Part shown: positions 8,113-14,193 of the stretch, one piece after another | Layout: every line of letters starts with the position of its first letter | Numbering within the stretch: position 1 is the stretch's first letter | From: an uncultured Nitrososphaeraceae archaeon | GTDB lineage: Archaea; Thermoproteota; Nitrososphaeria; Nitrososphaerales; Nitrososphaeraceae | Reading direction: 5' to 3' | Length of the DNA stretch: 14,193 nt | Assembly (NCBI GenBank): GCA_963837175.1 | Contig: CAWIMJ010000031.1 | Span: 1-14,193, forward strand | Made by a program: the position numbers and the translations under genes | The notes under the pieces: model-generated | Database searches by the model: none | Told to the model about the DNA's origin: nothing | What the model saw: only the letters and a program-made list of their open reading frames with translations

Positions 8113-8620
8113 ATGACAGAAAACGAAGAAATAAAGTGGAGACTAAGTACGGAAACTGGCCAGGAAGAAGAAAAAGCATCATCAGAAGAAGCAGCAGGAA
8201 AAAGAGGCATTACAACAAAGAGTACAAGGAAAAGCAGAAGATATAGCTGGTGGAGGAGAAGCAAGCCTACTCACTAAGCCAGAAGAAGAAGTACCCATTA
8301 CAGACAAGCAATATCAATCCACAACCAAAGCAAAAAAGAGAAAGAAACCTTCTAAGGCAAAAGTTCTTACAAAGAAAAAACAATCTGACAATGCTAATTT
8401 GACAGGCATGTCAAAACAACTTGAAAAACAATCAAACCAACTGGTTAAGATAGAAAAGCTGCTTCAACCATTACAAAAGTCTTTTAATAAAATAGATAGA
8501 CAATCAACTACAGTAAAACAGCTATATTCAGTGGTAATTCAATTACAGAGAGAAATAGATTGTCAGAAAAAAACAACAATAAGCCACTCAAAAAAAAGCA
8601 AGAAAGAAAGGAAAGGTTAG
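8113..8620 (+). CDS. Charged low-complexity/coiled-coil hypothetical protein, +1 frameshift around 8160-8195
   Basis: ATG 8113 (MTENEEIKWRLSTETGQEEEK, frame 1) lies ~26 nt after TTTAATA. Frame 2 continues QQEKEALQQRVQGKAEDIAGGGE...KAKKRKKPSKAK...MSKQLEKQSNQLVKIEKLLQPLQK to the stop at 8620. Confidence 0.55.
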
Positions 8621-8842
8621 TGGAACTAATAACTGAAATAAGAAATAAGCAATAACAATAATGTGTAATAACTTGATATGTATTAAATTTATATTCTTCA
8701 CATAAAGCATAATAATACTCTGAACCTTCACTCCATTGAGAATATTATATATTATTAGTTTTTTGGCGAAATAATAACCTATAATGAGATGGTAGTGATC
8801 TCAAAATAATTATTTATAGTTCTCTATTTATAAATTGGGATT

Positions 8843-8982
8843 ATGAACTCAAAAAATAACTAATGACCTTGATAATAATAGTAGTAATAGTAGCGCCACT
8901 AATAGCAAGAACTACAGTAAAGACGGAGCAAAACTCAAAGACTTTATTGGAAAAATAGTAAATGATCTTGGTGCAACATCTA
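8843..8982 (+). pseudogene. 5' part of HTH + class I SAM-dependent methyltransferase gene (Rv2258c-like), cut by IS630
   Basis: Reads MNSK/ITNDLDNNSS...DGAKLKDFIGKIVNDLGAT, with a shift in the A6 run 8851-8856. It joins in frame to 10233 onward when the IS and one TA are removed. Confidence 0.75.
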
Positions 8983-10230
8983 TACTAACTAACATAATTG
9001 TCATACTTACACAGATAGGTGACATTATTTAGTTACCTACATAACTAACACTTTTCTGCTTCGCTTCAATACTATTAGTACAGTTTTATTGAATTGTTTG
9101 TATCGATTAACGCTATTTTAAATAGTGCATACAAGAAAGAAAAAGTTGCAAATATCAAGGAAAGAATACTACTTGTAAAACGTTGTCAAGATTTAGACAA
9201 ACAAGAAGCATCATCAGTAGCTAGAACATGAATCAAACAGATCGAGATGGTGGGCTTACAAATGGTCTACACAGATTTGATAAAGAGGGACTATACGGAT
9301 TGAAAGACCAACCAAGAAGTGATATGACTTCTAGATGTACCTAGAAGACGTCATGATACGAATAAGAAAATGGAATTAGTAGACAGTAATACTGGATGTG
9401 GATTACGCTCTAGAAAATGCATTGAATATTTACAAAAAGACAGAGTACAGATATCATGATGTACATGTTTATCGTCTATTACACAAATGGGTTTTCAAAT
9501 CTAATCATTATCACAGAAAAGGTTCTGTCAAATACTGCCTCAGCAAAGGACATAAATGAAATTCAAAAAAGAGTAAAACATATTCTTTGAGAATCTAAAA
9601 TCAGACTGGTCACTTTTCTTGAACAGTGATCTAATACAACTTATGATGTAGTTTCATTGATTATGTAGCAGTGTAGATAGAAAGAACATAGGATTTCTAA
9701 ATACAAACTGTCCCATAATAACTGTAAGATGCTTCATAGAAAGATCGATTGTACTTTGGCTGTCTTAATCTTACACTTGGAGGTGTTAAGTACATGACTA
9801 CTTCAAACAACTATGATAAATCGTTATACTAGCTAAGGGATATTTCTTGACTTTTTAGTCTGAACCAGATTCTATTGCAACCAAGATCTGTTCAGTCGTA
9901 AAATCTATGATTGTCTCTTCTATTTCCGTGATGTTACCTTGTTCAAAGATTACAAGACGAGTTGCTCTTGATTGCGACATAAAGACCTACTATCAGATTA
10001 GACTATTGTACCTATTGGATCTCCTGAATCTAATGTAGTATGTACTTTGCTGGATACATCGGATTCTTTACAAATACTAGTGACGGTACTTACTAGACCA
10101 TTCATGTTGATGAATCTAAGATGATACTTTATTTCGTATTATCTATATGAAATACAAGATTCCAAGCTAGATATTGTGAACCTATATCTGTTGGAGAATA
10201 ATTGATTAGCGAAATTATGTCTAGTCAGTA
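8983..10230 (+). mobile_element. IS630-family insertion sequence (1248 bp), degenerate, with TA target duplication
   Basis: Left end TACTAACTA-ACATAATT (8983-8999) aligns with the reverse complement of the right end, TACTGACTAGACATAATT (10213-10230). TA is present on both sides (8981-8982 and 10231-10232), and excision restores the host reading frame. Confidence 0.88.
9094..10205 (+). pseudogene. IS630-family transposase remnant (HTH + DDE), many indels
   Basis: Fragments across frames: LNSAYKKEKVANIKERILLVKR, RSRWWAYKW, RFDKEGLYGLKDQPRS, YHDVHVYRLLHKW, VNTASAKD, FKKRVKHILENL, PIITV, PIGSPESNVV, TRFQ. These follow the IS630 order of HTH, winged HTH and the P-x-x-S-P-E-x-N-x-x-E motif. Confidence 0.8.
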
Positions 10231-10844
10231 TAGTACTGTTTTAGTAATAATTGGAGGTAAACTTGGATTATACAAAGCTATGGTAGATTCTAAACCAGTT
10301 ACAGCTGCAGAATTAGCTAGCCGGTACTGGGACTACTGAACGCTATGTAAGGGAATGGCTATCAAATCAAGCTGCTGGAGGATATATTAGCTATGATCCA
10401 AATACTACGAAATATACACTTCCCCTGAGCAAGCAATGGCTTTAGCTAATGAAAATAGTCCTTATTTTCACTTGGTGGTTTTCAAGCTACTATGGCATTC
10501 TTTAGAGATGAGCCAAAAATTACTGAGGCCTTCCGTACTGGAAAAGGAGTTGACTGGGGTGATCATGACTCTAACTTATACGAAAGGTACTGAAAGATTC
10601 TTGGATGATTGTAGAGCCGTTTGCAAATGATAAAGTAGAAGATAATCTAAATCCTATTGGACGTATGTATTATGCTGCATCTAGTTTAGTTTGTGTACCT
10701 GCATCTTTAGCTCATAACTGATGTGCATTGGGAGCACAAGCAGGTGAGCGTCGTATCTATGAATTAGTAAAAGCTGCAGGTTTTAAACACTTTAAACGTG
10801 CTACTCAGACACCATTTAATTTAATATCCGAAGCTAAACCTTGA
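10231..10844 (+). pseudogene. 3' part of HTH + SAM-methyltransferase gene with frameshifts, a nonsense codon and an internal deletion
   Basis: Reads STVLVIIGGKLGLYKAMVDSKPVTAAELASR/TGTTERYVREWLSNQAAGGYISYD...EQAMALANENSP/LGGFQ...EAFRTGKGVDWGDHD...GTERF, fused at ~10600 to WMIVEPFANDKVEDNLNPIGRMYYAASSLVCVPASLA...LGAQAGE...AGFKHFKRATQTPFNLISEAKP*. Shifts occur at ~10323, ~10423, ~10467 and ~10584, with an in-frame TGA at 10719. Confidence 0.88.
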
Positions 10845-10860
10845 CTTTTTTTATTCTTTT
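10845..10860 (+). terminator. Oligo-T archaeal terminator-like tract
   Basis: CTTTTTTTATTCTTTT lies directly after the methyltransferase stop codon. Confidence 0.4.
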
Positions 10861-11073
10861 ATCAATGCTCTTCTTTTCTATCTAGGGATATAAGTGGACA
10901 CTATATCATAATAATAATTCAAACTATAGACTATTGCAATTAGATAAATTTGGGGCTCAATCTTAAGAGCCGCATTATAACATTCATTCTATTGCCCATT
11001 CTAGATAAATTAAATAATGTCATCCCTCCTTTATCATTCGAATATTTATAGTTAAAAAAATATAATGTAAAAA

Positions 11074-11571
<498 letters not shown>

Positions 11572-11871
11572 TCACTTAAATCTTCTTATTGTCTTATTAA
11601 TGAAGTTGCATATACATAGCTGAGAAATATGCACATCTTTGTTGTTTTTTATAGATAGAAGAAAAACTAAATAATGAAGTAACAGAACCCTTATACATGC
11701 AGTGACCTAATCGTACCGAATCCGCTACGATATTGGTGCTTTAAGTTGGTTTCACAAATAATATAGTGAATTAAAAAATTGGAAAAATCAGATTTAATAA
11801 TAACAACAACCTAACAGAATTAAATCCTTGGTCATTGCATATTTAATATGAAAGAAAAGTTCACCTAACTG

Positions 11872-12859
11872 TTATTTCAATGCTGGAGATATCTCTTTAG
11901 AAATTAATTTTACTAGCTTTTCTCTGTCTGGACTAGAATTTGTCAACACAATTTCTGTAAACCCTAAACCCACATATTTCTCAAGTTTCTTTATTCCTTC
12001 CTCTGCATTACTAATTACTAATAACATCTTTTCTAATGTATCATCACCAATTACTTGAGCATTTTCTTCAATCTCACGAGGATCATGTACATCTACATCA
12101 AAAAATGCCTTTATCATAGCACCTCTCCAAAATCTAATTGATTGTATTGCCTTTTCTTTATCTTTATCATATGAGGCTGGTATAAAAAGTATTTTTTCTA
12201 ATGTATCAAAGTCTTTTCCTGACTTTTTTGTCCCCTCTCTAAGTGCAGGAAGCAATTTACTTTTTATTGATTCTACATTAATTTCATTTGTTACAAAGCC
12301 ATCTCCTTCCTCTCCTGCCAATCTAGCTGTTTGAGATCCAATAGCTGCAATATACAAAGGAATTGGTTTTTGTGGTTTAGTATATAGATTAGAATCTTTC
12401 ACCCAATAGTATTCTCCTTTGAACGTTATCCATTCTTCTGTCCATAGCTTTTTAATTAATGTTATTGCTTCTTTTGTTCGCTGAAATCTTTCTTGAGTTG
12501 GAGGCCAATCATTACCGGAAGTTACTTCATTGAGAGATTCTCCTAAACCAACTCCCAAAAATACTCTATTAGGAAACATGTATCCAAGGGTTGCAAAGAC
12601 TTGAGCGACTACTGCTGGATTATATCTAAGTGTTGGAGCGGTAACACCAGTACCTATTACTATATTGTTTGTTTTAGCTAAAGCGAGCACCTATCCATGG
12701 CCAGGCTGCAGCACCAGAAGCTCCATTATGCCACCAGGGCATATAATGATCACTTGACCAACATCGTTCTATACCATTTTTATCCATAATAATGACATCA
12801 TTTAGTAAATCAGTAGGGTTTACTTGTTCATGAGCTGCTTGAATACTAATTTTTACCAT
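11872..12859 (-). CDS. F420-dependent LLM-class oxidoreductase, G6PDH (Fgd)-like family, +1 frameshift at 12685
   Basis: MVKISIQAAHEQ...SSDHYMPWWH...AWPWIGA joins ALAKTNNIVIGTGVTAPTLRYNPAVVAQVFATLGYMFPNRVFLGVGLGESLNE when the single base at 12685 is removed (GGT GCT [C] GCT TTA). The span of 988 nt is 328 aa + stop + 1. SDH-x-x-PW and GE-x-LNE are Fgd-family motifs. Confidence 0.9.
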
Positions 12860-13006
12860 ATCTATCCTTTAATTCTTTAGAACAAAATACGATATAGCAG
12901 TTTTGTATATTGCGGTTTATGCAAATAAAAAGTAAACAACTACTCTCTATTTTACATTGTGTAAGTGGATTACATAACCTAGTGTATTGAATCCGATAGA
13001 ACCTGA

Positions 13007-13227
13007 TCACAAAAGTTTACCTTCTTCTATATCAAACTTCATTGCTTCTTGCATGTACTCTGAAAAAGAAGTATAATACATATCACAGTTAATTTTTAAA
13101 ACTTCATATTGATCCTTTCTTGGTTTTATCTTCTCTGTTATTGTAATAAAATCATCTTATTTATTGTTATGGGTAGGAGAGATTTCTGATTCCGATTAGA
13201 AGACAATGTTTTCGTAATTTTATTCAT
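13007..13227 (-). pseudogene. Degraded small hypothetical protein, ribbon-helix-helix-like pattern
   Basis: ATG 13227 gives MNKITKTLSS. After a shift it reads SESEISPTHNNK*DDFITITEKIKPRKDQYEVLKINCDMYYTSFSEYMQEAMKFDIEEGKLL*, a strand-helix-(S-x-S-E-Y)-helix arrangement. Confidence 0.35.
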
Positions 13228-13764
13228 TAGTGATTCTCTTATTTATTTGATATTTAGTTAGCTATATGCTATGCTTTTCGATTATTATTCCCAAAAGCAT
13301 TTACAGTGAATTATTCAAATTAGACATTTTTACTATAGCAAGATGGATGTGTTTAAAAGATAATAGTGAATTTAGGCTTTATTCGTTGAAATTGTACTGG
13401 CATCTAACTTACTTTTGTAATTCATGTTTTAGAATAGTGAGATATATAATTGATGAAAAGAGAGAAGATAATAACTTTGTGCAAACGGAGAAAACTTTAA
13501 AGTTAACATATTTCTTAATATAGCAGAGTCTCTTTTTAGAACTGCTATTGGTGCGAGAACCACCTAACCCGTGACAATATTGTTCCTTTATTACCACCCG
13601 CCTTCTAATAATATATGTAGTTGGATTTGTTATCTATAACAGAAAAAGGAATACCACGACAAAGCTAACGAAGAACCTTATGATAAATATGAAAATATCG
13701 AGATTATACTCTATCTCTCATCCTATGTATTCTATATACGGAATTTTCTTTTAGTTATGAAACG

Positions 13765-13797
13765 AAAAAATACGGATTGTGGCAGTAAGACCTGCCA
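13765..13797 (-). terminator. Hairpin plus T-tract downstream of the secreted peptide gene
   Basis: Minus strand TGGCAG-GTCTTA-CTGCCA (13797-13780) starts 7 nt after the stop, followed by TTTTTT (13770-13765). Confidence 0.45.
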
Positions 13798-13803
13798 ATG
13801 TTT

Positions 13804-14028
13804 TTATTCGATGCCGAAGTTTATTTCGCCGTAGTTACTACATTCAGCAGAACCACTACATCTATTCTTTTGTTCTTGTTCAAAACTGAAGTTTGTATCG
13901 CCTCCATCCTCTTCATCCATTAATAAGTTTGCACTAGCTTGTTGTACAGGTATTATACTTAATCCTGCTGACAGCATTGCTACCGCCCCTAAGATTCCAA
14001 CCATTAGTAAAGTTGAGTTCTTCTTCAT
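13804..14028 (-). CDS. Small secreted protein with signal peptide and one Cys pair
   Basis: MKKN + hydrophobic core LLMVGILGAVAMLSAGLSII + QQASA cleavage motif, leaving a 41-aa acidic mature part NLLMDEEDGGDTNFSFEQEQKNRCSGSAECSNYGEINFGIE. Confidence 0.8.
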   Translation of the reverse strand: MKKNSTLLMVGILGAVAMLSAGLSIIPVQQASANLLMDEEDGGDTNFSFEQEQKNRCSGSAECSNYGEINFGIE

Positions 14029-14193
14029 ATAACTTCCTATAGGAGTGTTTGTACTAATAGGTTATTTATTTTTAAAAAGTTTATACTGAATTTATGTAAT
14101 AGATAGAGATACTAGATGAATTGTTTGATTGATTTAATAACATAGCACTAGTAATTCCTTTTCACTATGCATCATCATTCAATATCATATGTA

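Noticed and set aside
7652-8264. ORFs 7652..7870 (+) and 8082..8264 (-), the latter resembling a signal peptide
   Set aside because: Antisense to the SDR 5' half and to the purine-rich 8113 gene. The Leu/Phe richness is the mirror of GAA/AAG codons.
8785-8803. Short inverted repeats TGAGAT-n7-ATCTCA here, ATCGTA-n10-TACGAT at ~11710-11731 and ATTAAATTTAAT at 436-447
   Set aside because: Six-bp arms are expected by chance in 14 kb of AT-rich DNA.
10436-10630. 64-aa ORF as an independent gene
   Set aside because: It starts in the methyltransferase frame (MALANENSP) and then runs out of frame. It is part of the pseudogene.
10719-10721. In-frame TGA (also TAA 52 and TAG 73) as recoded stops
   Set aside because: They sit in genes with several frameshifts or deletions, and all three stop codons terminate intact genes in this window.
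13266-13597. ORFs 13266..13523 (+) and 13409..13597 (-)
   Set aside because: Mutually overlapping, with AT-driven composition and no motifs.

Overview
AT-rich accessory region that most resembles a soil ammonia-oxidising archaeon of the Nitrososphaeraceae. This assignment is inferred from the poly-Asn/Gln linkers, TATA-like boxes about 25-35 nt before start codons, an F420-type LLM enzyme and the style of the HtrA and kinase genes. Apparently intact genes: an HtrA/DegP protease, a half-ferritin-like small protein, a ChrB_C chromate-resistance protein, a small secreted Cys-pair peptide, a beta-sandwich hypothetical protein and a 49-aa CxxC..CxxC microprotein missed by the ORF track. Genes broken by a single-base indel: a sensor-less coiled-coil histidine kinase, a stand-alone ATP-cone protein, a glucose 1-dehydrogenase-like SDR, a charged coiled-coil protein and an F420-dependent G6PDH-like LLM oxidoreductase. 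An HTH + SAM-methyltransferase pseudogene is split by a 1248-bp IS630-family element with TIRs and a TA duplication, and has also lost its SAM-binding core. There is a GC-rich foreign fragment encoding GVxGxS repeats, plus weak traces of a tRNA 3' end and an integrase tail. I found no CRISPR array, no rRNA, no complete tRNA and no convincing new multi-gene system. The best leads are single-gene oddities and the unusual indel pattern. Family calls come from motif recognition, not database searches.
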